Positions 6,712 to 14,716 are shown, counted from the first letter of the stretch. The stretch: DNA of 26,688 nt from an uncultured Methanosarcinales archaeon (GCA_964589765.1 CAZPUM010000002.1:4147-30834); one strand, 5' to 3'. Notes: generated by a model not told the origin, from the sequence alone. Numbers and translations: made by a program.

Positions 6712-8939
6712 TTCTCTTCAAGCCTTGCTTCCAGTATGGCGGCTCTGCCATAGTCCTGAATAACAATCTGTGTTGGATACGAAGTGACAACTTCTGCGTT
6801 CTCACTTGCGTCAATTGAATAGTAATACATCGTATAAACTCCCTCTTCGGGCAAATCAACGGAGGATAATCTTGATTGAGGTTCACAAGCGCCCGAATCT
6901 GAAAAACAGACTCGTGTATCAATCATTCCTATTGGACTCGCATCATCATAAACGGCATATGGGAAACTCCTTACTTCTGTCCTTCCATAAACTGGAGGTT
7001 CAAGCAGAAAGAACTCTGTTTCTGGAGGCACATTATCTCTGACACAGTAAGGATTATTTTCGTGAAAATAACCATTCTCTATACAGTCATCTTCATCACG
7101 GGTCTGTTTTTCGTCGGCATCTTTTACACACCTGGTTTTACCTGATACCCAACTACATGTTTGTAGACCTAAAGAGTCAGAACTTGGGGTTAACAGCGCG
7201 TTGGAACCAGAACGTTCATCTCCTGACCATGAAATATCAAAGACAGCATCCGTTCCACCAGTACAGGCATCTTGAGTGTCATAGTACCTACAGGCCATAT
7301 CACTGGAGTGTAAGCAACCATACGAACGTGCCAGACCATTTTTTTCTCCATCATAATAGCATTCTGGACTTATCGCTGAACAGACGTTGGAATTACAGAA
7401 CCCTATGACATCCTCGCACGAGTCACAACTTGGTCTTTCCTGTCCAAGACAGACGCCTTTCCCGAGTTCCGGAACAACATCCTGCCAATCGCAAACATCG
7501 TCTATCGCACAAGGGTTATCTGAACACGAACCGTAACTCTGATAGTCAGCGCAGGAGGTTATCGCAGCACAACTACTGAACGTAGTGAAAGTCATCGGCC
7601 TTCCTCCGAAGGCCTGGTCTGCGAAACACTGGTAAGTTTCATCCCCACATAATAAAGTCAAATCACCTACAACAATGCTCAAGTCAGAGTCAGCAAAAAG
7701 CCCAAGAAGACCGTTACACTGTTCGCACTCTGGTTGAGGAATACACTGGGCAAACCCGTTTATTGTTGAACAAATTGTATTAGTGCCTGAAGAATCGACG
7801 TCACAAACATTATCTGCTGAAAGCTGGTTCTCTTCGTCACACTCAACAACTGCGTTTTCACCTTCAAACTCACCACACCATTTTATGGGCGAACCTGCCG
7901 GGCGGTTCATACACTCATCTACACCTGTTGTGACACAGGCACCTGAATCGGTGTTTGAACTCTCTGTTATAGTTCCGTCGCCAAACCTTGCTCTAACAAC
8001 ATAACAATAAGTTGTTTCTGGTTGTAAACCTGAGTCCTCAATAACATAAGATGTCGATGGTTGAATCGGGTTGCAGTTGTTAAAGTCCGCATCACATCTC
8101 AGAGGTTCGTACTGTATGAAATCTCCGCACACATCATCAAAAGACACGGTTAAAACAACGGTGTCCGAACCCACGACAGGCTCCACAGACTCAACGTCAG
8201 GCTCCTCTTGAACACAGGAACCAAGTTCGCAGTTTAAGTTTATGTTTATGCCTGTTTTGTGATTGTCAACAACCACAACTGAAGACATGCCTGGCTGGCA
8301 TGCGGGATGAATTGCGAATACGCGGGTGGACATGCCAGGAACCTCTTCAAGTCTGTACTGCCCTGCAGAATCTGTAAAATCGCTAATGGCTCCTTGAGGA
8401 ATTGGTATGAAAACCTCCACATTCTCAAGAGGATGAACCCCTGTCCCGTTTTGTATGGTTCCCGAGACTGTATATGTATCATCCCCTCCCCCTCCTGCAG
8501 GGCTACCTGAGCACACCTCAACGCAGGAAGACGCAGCTGGAGGCTGTCCTTCCCAAGAGTAATCCTGTCCTTGGGCTATTTTTACTTGACAAGCGTTTTC
8601 TGTAATCTCAATAAGAGCAGGGTCTACATTGATTTGCCCACTATTTACAACAGAAGAACCAGCACAACAACATCCTATTGCACATTGTGTTAGAGGACTA
8701 CATGTTGATAGAGTTCCTGCCCCTTCAATTATCCCGCTTTGGGATGAACACGCGCTCTGGAAGGAGGGTTCTGACCCGAAAGCATCACCGTTAAAACAAT
8801 CTCCATAAGGTGGAACACAACAGCCCCACGTCTCCGCGTACGCGTTCGAAGACATTGTTACAGCTAGCACGATAACAACAACCAGTGCTACAATCCACCT
8901 CACCACAGACGATTTTCTCGTCTTTAAGTTTATAAACAT
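6708..8939 (-). CDS. Cysteine-rich secreted protein, 743 aa from ATG 8939 (752 aa if TTG 8966)
   Basis: The signal peptide is MFINLKTRKSSVVRWIVALVVVIVLAVTMSSNAYA-ETWGCC. I count about 50 Cys by hand. It has a CarboxypepD_reg-like segment (YTVSGTIQNGTGVHPLENVEVFIP...DSAGQYRLEEVP) and an FN3-like segment (LQPETTYCYVVRARF). The C-terminal module EGVYTMYYYSIDASENAE resembles the Ig-like domains with G-x-H-x-v-x-Y-y-S-x-D-x-A-G-N-x-E. There is no C-terminal TM helix. Confidence 0.85.
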   Translation of the reverse strand: MFINLKTRKSSVVRWIVALVVVIVLAVTMSSNAYAETWGCCVPPYGDCFNGDAFGSEPSFQSACSSQSGIIEGAGTLSTCSPLTQCAIGCCCAGSSVVNSGQINVDPALIEITENACQVKIAQGQDYSWEGQPPAASSCVEVCSGSPAGGGGDDTYTVSGTIQNGTGVHPLENVEVFIPIPQGAISDFTDSAGQYRLEEVPGMSTRVFAIHPACQPGMSSVVVVDNHKTGININLNCELGSCVQEEPDVESVEPVVGSDTVVLTVSFDDVCGDFIQYEPLRCDADFNNCNPIQPSTSYVIEDSGLQPETTYCYVVRARFGDGTITESSNTDSGACVTTGVDECMNRPAGSPIKWCGEFEGENAVVECDEENQLSADNVCDVDSSGTNTICSTINGFAQCIPQPECEQCNGLLGLFADSDLSIVVGDLTLLCGDETYQCFADQAFGGRPMTFTTFSSCAAITSCADYQSYGSCSDNPCAIDDVCDWQDVVPELGKGVCLGQERPSCDSCEDVIGFCNSNVCSAISPECYYDGEKNGLARSYGCLHSSDMACRYYDTQDACTGGTDAVFDISWSGDERSGSNALLTPSSDSLGLQTCSWVSGKTRCVKDADEKQTRDEDDCIENGYFHENNPYCVRDNVPPETEFFLLEPPVYGRTEVRSFPYAVYDDASPIGMIDTRVCFSDSGACEPQSRLSSVDLPEEGVYTMYYYSIDASENAEVVTSYPTQIVIQDYGRAAILEARLEEK

Positions 8940-8947
8940 TCCGTCTG

Positions 8948-10246
8948 TTACGACGAGACGGGGCAACCTAGCACAACTTTAGAATCCATCCAACCATCTG
9001 TGTCACTCACAGTCATGTTCAAATCCACGCCACAAACCGCGCCAGAGATATCATGACACCAATTGATAGAGACTGGATAACCATCGGGGTCTATGCCCTC
9101 TAAAACCCCGTCAGATAAAAGTTCTGTTGCAGAATGACTCTGCAGATAGGCACAGGAAAGATCAGAAAGAATCACAACGGGCTCTCTGTGCTCCATAAGA
9201 AACGAGAATGTATAGGATACTCCATCAAGTTCAGATTTAGAGTCTATTATTGTTACCATTGTTGCTGTTTCGCCGTTCTGTTGAATTGGCGGAGAAAGAG
9301 TTGTTTGAGCGACTGAATCAACCTCACTGGTCTGAACAGTAAACCCTGGTTTCCAGGAAGGAACTTCCCTGTAATCCTCAGAAATATCAAAAGCGATATC
9401 TCGGGATTCTCTTAAAGCCAAATCTCTAGCGTACTGCGCTATTTGCATGTATCTGAAATCGTAAGTTCTTCTGACCTCTTGTAAGTTAGTCTCTGCCTGC
9501 CCCACAATTGTTAATGGATAATAAACGCTGACAATCACATTGTTGAATGTGTATGCTATCTCTGCGGTTGGCTCTCCTACCTCAGTAACATCCACTCCAA
9601 GAGCCTCAGAGAATCTGGCAGGATTTGCACAGGCCTGAACTCTGTTAGCTATAATTGGCATAAGCATATTTTGTGTTGACTCTGTGTTAGGAACACTTGG
9701 TGGGCTACCCGGAAAACTCCTACACTCCCTAGTACTTCCTGGCCTGTTTGGGCCTTGTTTGTCACAGATTGGCGCAAAATTCACGTCACCAAAATATCCG
9801 GGCTGCCAAGATACCATTTTATTGCCCGTATCTGCCTGAATCAGGGTGTTTTCAACAGTAAAATCCTCATGAGGATAATCAGGCAGTTCATTTCTGTACG
9901 GTCTAAGTCCTGCTGAGCCAGGGATATCTCTGTTACGCGTCAAACCGTACAGCATCAACCGGGTTGTCGGACCTGACCCCACAATAGCTCTTGGATATGC
10001 GGGGTCATCAACATGCAGTCCTCCGGACTGTCCGAGCTTCTTGAACTCATCTATCACAACAGTGTCTATACAACTGCCAAGGACTGCACTCAGTTCGGCA
10101 GCGTTTGCACCCTCAATTATCTGTTGTCCCTGTTCGTACTCTTGCTGGACTCTCTGCTCAGTATCTAGCACCAGGAAAAATATCGCGACTATGAATAAAA
10201 TTACGAGACCCACTGCAACAAAAATTGTGACCTGCCCACCTCTCAT
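8948..10246 (-). CDS. Class III signal peptide protein with a large (~400 aa) extracellular domain; first gene of the operon, 432 aa from ATG 10246
   Basis: The N-terminus is MRGGQVTIFVAVGLVILFIVAIFFLVL. ATG 10246 lies 26-27 nt from the centre of the TATA box at 10268-10276. The upstream ATG at 10264 is only about 8 nt from that centre. Confidence 0.8.
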   Translation of the reverse strand: MRGGQVTIFVAVGLVILFIVAIFFLVLDTEQRVQQEYEQGQQIIEGANAAELSAVLGSCIDTVVIDEFKKLGQSGGLHVDDPAYPRAIVGSGPTTRLMLYGLTRNRDIPGSAGLRPYRNELPDYPHEDFTVENTLIQADTGNKMVSWQPGYFGDVNFAPICDKQGPNRPGSTRECRSFPGSPPSVPNTESTQNMLMPIIANRVQACANPARFSEALGVDVTEVGEPTAEIAYTFNNVIVSVYYPLTIVGQAETNLQEVRRTYDFRYMQIAQYARDLALRESRDIAFDISEDYREVPSWKPGFTVQTSEVDSVAQTTLSPPIQQNGETATMVTIIDSKSELDGVSYTFSFLMEHREPVVILSDLSCAYLQSHSATELLSDGVLEGIDPDGYPVSINWCHDISGAVCGVDLNMTVSDTDGWMDSKVVLGCPVSS

Positions 10247-10267
10247 ACTATCGTCGAGTAACATAGA

Positions 10268-10276
10268 TATTTAAAG
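10268..10276. promoter_or_regulatory. Shared (bidirectional) TATA box TATTTAAAG between divergent leaderless genes
   Basis: The centre (~10272) is 26 nt from ATG 10246 (minus strand) and 26 nt from ATG 10298 (plus strand). The core TTTAAA is palindromic. Confidence 0.55.
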
Positions 10277-10297
10277 ATATCCTGCGATGTCACGTCG

Positions 10298-11158
10298 ATG
10301 AGAGAACCAATAGCCACTGGCAGTCATTATATGAAGGACAGTCAGATGCTTCGTGATGAGATTATCGGGGCATACAAGAGCCAAAGAGGCCCTGGCAGAC
10401 TAGGTGTCGAGGTAAAAAAAGATGTTAAGGGAGTTATCTCACCTAACAGCCCATACAGGCACTGTTCACAGTGTATGGCTTGGGCCTACAAAGCGATAGC
10501 GGAAAGCCCAGGGGCAGATGTTTACTTTCTGATAGGTAATAATCAGTACAGTTCTGAATCAGGAATGGGTACGGAGTACTTCATCACCCCTCTTGGCTTC
10601 GTTAGAACCGACGAAGAACTTGTCGAAACCATACGAAGGAAAGGAAACATCGGAGTTAATAATGAGATTCATGAACACAACAAAATTCTCGAGGTCCAAA
10701 TTCCATTCCTTCAACACGCTGTTGAAAACAAGGTTGATGATATTTGGATTGTTCCTATTCTGTTAAATCCCAGCGCCAATGTTGAGGCAATAGCCAAAGA
10801 CATTCTTGAAACTCTGTCAGAGTTAGAAAGAAATGCGATTTTCATTGTGAGCAGTAATTTCACACGACACGGTCCGCTTTTCCATTATGTTCCTTTCACA
10901 GACCATATCCAGCAACAAATAACACAGATTGACAAAATAGCTTTCGAAAAAATCAGACAACAAGATGCCGAGGGACTTGCCGAAGTTGCAAAAGACCAAC
11001 TGATGAACTTCGATGGACTAGAAGCTATGGAACTGTTACTTCGACTTCTCCCCGAGTGCGAAGTGTCGATAGCACAGTACTATACGTCAGGTGACATTCT
11101 AAGTGATTACAAAAACAGCGTTTCATACGCCGCAATAGTATTTGACCAGAAAAAATGA
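10298..11158 (+). CDS. Memo-like protein (AmmeMemoRadiSam system protein B family), 286 aa
   Basis: The N-terminus REPIATGSHYMKDSQMLRDEI matches the family's R-x-P-x-v-A-G-s-F-Y-p...L opening. GVISPNSPYRHCSQCMAWAYKAI corresponds to the PHAGY-x-YSG...AY block. SSNFTRHGPLFHY corresponds to SSD-x-SHYG. The C-terminus YYTSGDILSDYKNSVSYAAIVF corresponds to n-S-G-D...v-v-g-Y-a-s. Confidence 0.7.
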   Translation: MREPIATGSHYMKDSQMLRDEIIGAYKSQRGPGRLGVEVKKDVKGVISPNSPYRHCSQCMAWAYKAIAESPGADVYFLIGNNQYSSESGMGTEYFITPLGFVRTDEELVETIRRKGNIGVNNEIHEHNKILEVQIPFLQHAVENKVDDIWIVPILLNPSANVEAIAKDILETLSELERNAIFIVSSNFTRHGPLFHYVPFTDHIQQQITQIDKIAFEKIRQQDAEGLAEVAKDQLMNFDGLEAMELLLRLLPECEVSIAQYYTSGDILSDYKNSVSYAAIVFDQKK

Positions 11159-11193
11159 GTTTCCCGCCAGAAATAAACAGATATTGAATCAAC

Positions 11194-11201
11194 TTTAAAA
11201 G
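11194..11201 (+). promoter_or_regulatory. TATA box TTTAAAAG for the 215-aa gene
   Basis: The centre is 26.5 nt upstream of ATG 11224, the same geometry as the other first genes. Confidence 0.45.
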
Positions 11202-11223
11202 ATAAATTAGCATCCTCTACTTT

Positions 11224-11871
11224 ATGTGCGCTCTTGAAGAAAGGGTTAGTACGAACATTGTTCTTGTAAACAGACTTGTGCCGGACCTGAGCCCTGTTAT
11301 TGTGCCTTACGGTGATGAAAATTGTGTGGTTTTTCACAGTGATGGAGGTGTCATGTCTAGATACATAAACAATACAATCTCATCTACTGATTTAATCAAG
11401 GCGATTGAAAAATACAGTGGAAAAAAAGCCACTCCCGAGATTGTTTTAGAGACAATGCGTGACTGGGAAATCAAACACAACAAATGGACAGGACTTCTGA
11501 ACAGAATTAAGAGAGATTTCAGAGACAGAGGCGACCAAATTGTTATGTCGCTCAGAGAAGCAGCCATAAACTATGAGGAACACAGAAATCTCATGGACAT
11601 CTCAGAAGAAATTAGGGTGTATCCTTGGCGAGCAGTTGAACATCTGTGCTTTGCAATAAACTCGACGGGTAAACCCAACTACAACTTTAAACCTGAAAGT
11701 GTTAGATTAACCCCTGTTGACCCTTTAACAGGACAAGTTTACATGGGCGAAAGGGGCAGGGGTCACATAATTATGGGCGAATTCTCAGACCTCCTTGTGT
11801 ACGACGAGCATGGAGGTATGTACATTTACTTTAATTTGCCAGAAGAGCACTGGCTCAAAGAAACTTCTTGA
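11224..11871 (+). CDS. Hypothetical protein, 215 aa
   Basis: It is a long ORF with an ATG at TATA-consistent spacing. I recognise no motif. Its 3' end overlaps the convergent pseudouridine synthase gene by 17 nt. Confidence 0.55.
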   Translation: MCALEERVSTNIVLVNRLVPDLSPVIVPYGDENCVVFHSDGGVMSRYINNTISSTDLIKAIEKYSGKKATPEIVLETMRDWEIKHNKWTGLLNRIKRDFRDRGDQIVMSLREAAINYEEHRNLMDISEEIRVYPWRAVEHLCFAINSTGKPNYNFKPESVRLTPVDPLTGQVYMGERGRGHIIMGEFSDLLVYDEHGGMYIYFNLPEEHWLKETS

Positions 11872-12529
11872 CTTCTGATGGAACCAAGTGCCTGAATTTG
11901 CCCTGTTGAACATTCAGTTTCAAATCTCCTAACTGAACTCTCTTCAGCCCCCGCACCCAGTAACCCAGCTGTTTGAAAATTCGCTTTACTTCCTTATGCA
12001 TCCCTGTGTGTACTGTTATCTGAACATTTCTTCCGCCAAGAGGCTTAATTGTGGCTCGAATTTTTTTACCATCAAGTTCAACACCGTCCTTAACAGAACC
12101 CATGGATTCAAATTTCCTGTCTAAAATCACCTCGTAGGTTCTGGGAATCTCATACCTGGGGTGCATAACCTTGTTGGCGAAAACACCGTCGTTGGTCATC
12201 AGCAACAGTCCAGTTGTGTCTTTATCCAATCTACCCACGGGAAAAAGTCTTTGCTGAATAGGAATTAAGTCAACAACAGTTGTGTTTCCCCACTTATCAG
12301 AAACTGTTGCCACAACCCCTGCGGGTTTGTTCAACATAATATAGATCTTTTTGGCAAGTTTCAGTGGCTCGCCGTCGACCAAAACCTCATCTTCAGATAG
12401 GTCTGCGGTTTGGCCGATTTTTGCTTTTTTGCCATTATACAGAACTCTTCCATTCTCTATCAGCTCTTCAGCACGACGCCTACTACATATCCCCGCGTCT
12501 GCTATCAACTTCTGTATGCGGACTGCCAT
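11855..12529 (-). CDS. RsuA/RluB-family rRNA pseudouridine synthase with an N-terminal S4 domain, 224 aa
   Basis: The S4 domain is RIQKLIADAGICSRRRAEELIENGRVLYNG. It also has YIMLNKPAGVV and the family catalytic motif VGRLDKDTTGLLLMTNDG. Confidence 0.9.
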   Translation of the reverse strand: MAVRIQKLIADAGICSRRRAEELIENGRVLYNGKKAKIGQTADLSEDEVLVDGEPLKLAKKIYIMLNKPAGVVATVSDKWGNTTVVDLIPIQQRLFPVGRLDKDTTGLLLMTNDGVFANKVMHPRYEIPRTYEVILDRKFESMGSVKDGVELDGKKIRATIKPLGGRNVQITVHTGMHKEVKRIFKQLGYWVRGLKRVQLGDLKLNVQQGKFRHLVPSEVKKFL

Positions 12530-12546
12530 GAGTATGAGAAAAAGTC

Positions 12547-12557
12547 TTAATATTTAA
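12547..12557 (-). promoter_or_regulatory. TATA-like TTAAATATTAA (minus-strand reading) upstream of the pseudouridine synthase gene
   Basis: The centre is about 23-26 nt upstream of ATG 12529. It overlaps the TAA stop (12554-12556) of the 710-aa gene. Confidence 0.35.
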
Positions 12558-14686
12558 CACTGATTGAAAGACATTACAACAAGCTGTATTATCTTTCCGT
12601 TGTACTCAACAAGCCTGGTCTGAGTAATCAAATCTTCCGCACAGCTCTCAATCTCCAACTCAGTTTCCACCGTTTCAGCTAGAATCGGGTTCCCTGAACA
12701 ACACTCTACTTTGTGCGTCGAGTTTAGATTAAAAACAGTTCCCGCATCAGCATCGTCACAAATTCTTATGACTTCTAACTGGTGTTCCGGTCTGAAACCA
12801 TCAAGAGTACAACCATTCACACCAAGACATGTATCATAATTACAGACTCCATAAATACTACATGTTGGTGTGCACTCTTCAGGACTGAGCTCGAAATTCT
12901 GGACATATGGGTCTGTGGACTCTGTAAGAACAATGTTTTCGTGAGTTTGAGGCAGATACATTGAGTGGTCTGCTATTGCTGATATGCTTCCTACGTGGAT
13001 ATCATTAATTCTATATTGTCCGAACGTGTCTGATGAATCAGTTTTTCCAAAGAATAATTCACGTACGGTCGCAGATTGTATTGGCTGTCCTGTAACAATA
13101 TCTGTAACTCGCCCCTCCATTGAAACATAACAGTTTACACCAAGAGGGGCGTCCATGGTTGACAAGTCAGAGTAAGACTGTGAAAGATTAATGTTACATT
13201 CAGGTCTGTACGCGCCATCAGCAGGAGTTGGACAAGTGAACCTCTGAACGGTTCCTGACCACTCTCTTTTTGTACAGTCTATACCGTTCAGTTCAGCTGA
13301 CAAACTTCTCACGTTGCCAACATTAGCATCACAAAGTATATCCACTTCCGGATTGATTAAGCTACATTTGTTTGTCGTGACAGTGCTGATACCCTGAATA
13401 TCCACCTTACATTCACTGTCACCTTTTGTATTACCTGAAACACCATCATAATCGATTTCTAAATCACAGTCATTGTCTATAGCATCAGTACAGATTTCGG
13501 CAACGCCAGGGTTGATATTAGGGTCTGTGTCATCACAATCAGTTCTAGGCACAGGACATAGTGTTGGAGAACCTATTGCGGAATAACCGTCCCCGTCCTG
13601 GTCACATGGCACGCACTGGTCCACTATACAAACCTCACTTGGAGGACAGTTCCTGTCAACATAAGGGTCTCTACAACCCGATGACCAGTGGCAGTATCCA
13701 CCAGTATAATCTCTAACTCTTGTGTCTGTTAGACAGTAATCATCGGAAGTTGAACAAGATACCGCAGAACCAGGTTCACAGTTGCCTACGCCATCGCAGG
13801 CATCGGGAGAAGTACACAGGTTATTGTCTGTACAGTACGACCCCGACGGAGAGTAACCCGTCCATATCTCTGTACACCTCAGCTCCCAAGGGTCGTCATC
13901 CATAACACAGTTCTGAGCATCCATATTTCCTGTTCCACTGTATCCTTTCCCCTCCTCATCATAACAACCCGCGCCCACATTACACTGTGGCTGTCTGTCC
14001 ACACAAAGAATTTCTTCATACAGGCTGTCAGTTATCGATGCAATACCTATCACATAGTAAATATCACAGTTAAGCTGGTCTGAATCACACCCGCAGTTAC
14101 CTAATTGACATGATTGTCTGTGATACTCTAGGCAGATGTGAGGATTATAAGACGTTTCACCGGGGCTCCCAAAATTATCCATGCTCCACTTATTTGCACA
14201 ACCCCCGCAGTTTTCCTCGTCATCCAGATAATCCCATAGTTTGTCAGTAACCTCGCCATCACAACACTCATATCTTGATTGGTCAGTTATTGTATTGCCA
14301 CAACTCCCGCAATTATCAGAATCGTAGAAGATGTCAGTACATACTCCCCCGCAACAGTCTTCCCAGTTTTCACAATTATTGCCTGCAGAACCACAGTTGT
14401 TTCTGTCTGTTTGGAAGTCTGTACATCCATTGAGACCACAGTCAGGCCTATCTGAACTCCATCCACAACAAACTCCGGTTCCTCCAGTGTCGCAGTAAGG
14501 TCTCGCATCATTAACTGATGTACACGAATCTGATGTACAGGTAAGTCCTATACACTGCGCTACACCATAATCTCCATCTGTTTTTCCATCACAAAAGTTT
14601 GGCCAGTCGGAACACACAGGGGGTTCGCTGAAAGCGGTCACTACAGGAATCACCAAAAGCACTGCTAAAAAGAGCACCCACCTCAT
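12554..14686 (-). CDS. Cysteine-rich secreted protein, 710 aa
   Basis: The signal peptide is MRWVLFLAVLLVIPVVTAFS. I count about 64 Cys by hand (~9%). It has Stig1-like NCGSCGN/NCGGC motifs and a MopE-type motif, CDQDGDGYSAIG...DCDDTDPNINPGVAEICTDAIDNDCD (nt 13445..13606). It also has a CarboxypepD_reg-like segment, MEGRVTDIVTGQPIQSATV...DTFGQYRINDIHVG (nt 12917..13126). Confidence 0.85.
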   Translation of the reverse strand: MRWVLFLAVLLVIPVVTAFSEPPVCSDWPNFCDGKTDGDYGVAQCIGLTCTSDSCTSVNDARPYCDTGGTGVCCGWSSDRPDCGLNGCTDFQTDRNNCGSAGNNCENWEDCCGGVCTDIFYDSDNCGSCGNTITDQSRYECCDGEVTDKLWDYLDDEENCGGCANKWSMDNFGSPGETSYNPHICLEYHRQSCQLGNCGCDSDQLNCDIYYVIGIASITDSLYEEILCVDRQPQCNVGAGCYDEEGKGYSGTGNMDAQNCVMDDDPWELRCTEIWTGYSPSGSYCTDNNLCTSPDACDGVGNCEPGSAVSCSTSDDYCLTDTRVRDYTGGYCHWSSGCRDPYVDRNCPPSEVCIVDQCVPCDQDGDGYSAIGSPTLCPVPRTDCDDTDPNINPGVAEICTDAIDNDCDLEIDYDGVSGNTKGDSECKVDIQGISTVTTNKCSLINPEVDILCDANVGNVRSLSAELNGIDCTKREWSGTVQRFTCPTPADGAYRPECNINLSQSYSDLSTMDAPLGVNCYVSMEGRVTDIVTGQPIQSATVRELFFGKTDSSDTFGQYRINDIHVGSISAIADHSMYLPQTHENIVLTESTDPYVQNFELSPEECTPTCSIYGVCNYDTCLGVNGCTLDGFRPEHQLEVIRICDDADAGTVFNLNSTHKVECCSGNPILAETVETELEIESCAEDLITQTRLVEYNGKIIQLVVMSFNQC

Positions 14687-14708
14687 ACGATTAACTTGCC
14701 CGCCGTGA

Positions 14709-14716
14709 TTTATATA
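14709..14716. promoter_or_regulatory. Shared (bidirectional) TATA box TTTATATA between divergent leaderless genes
   Basis: The centre (14712.5) is 26.5 nt from ATG 14686 (minus strand) and 25.5 nt from ATG 14738 (plus strand). Confidence 0.55.

Noticed and set aside
6617-6922. 101-aa minus-strand ORF spanning the junction of the 752-aa and 1289-aa genes.
   Set aside because: It is out of frame with both well-supported genes and has no independent signals.
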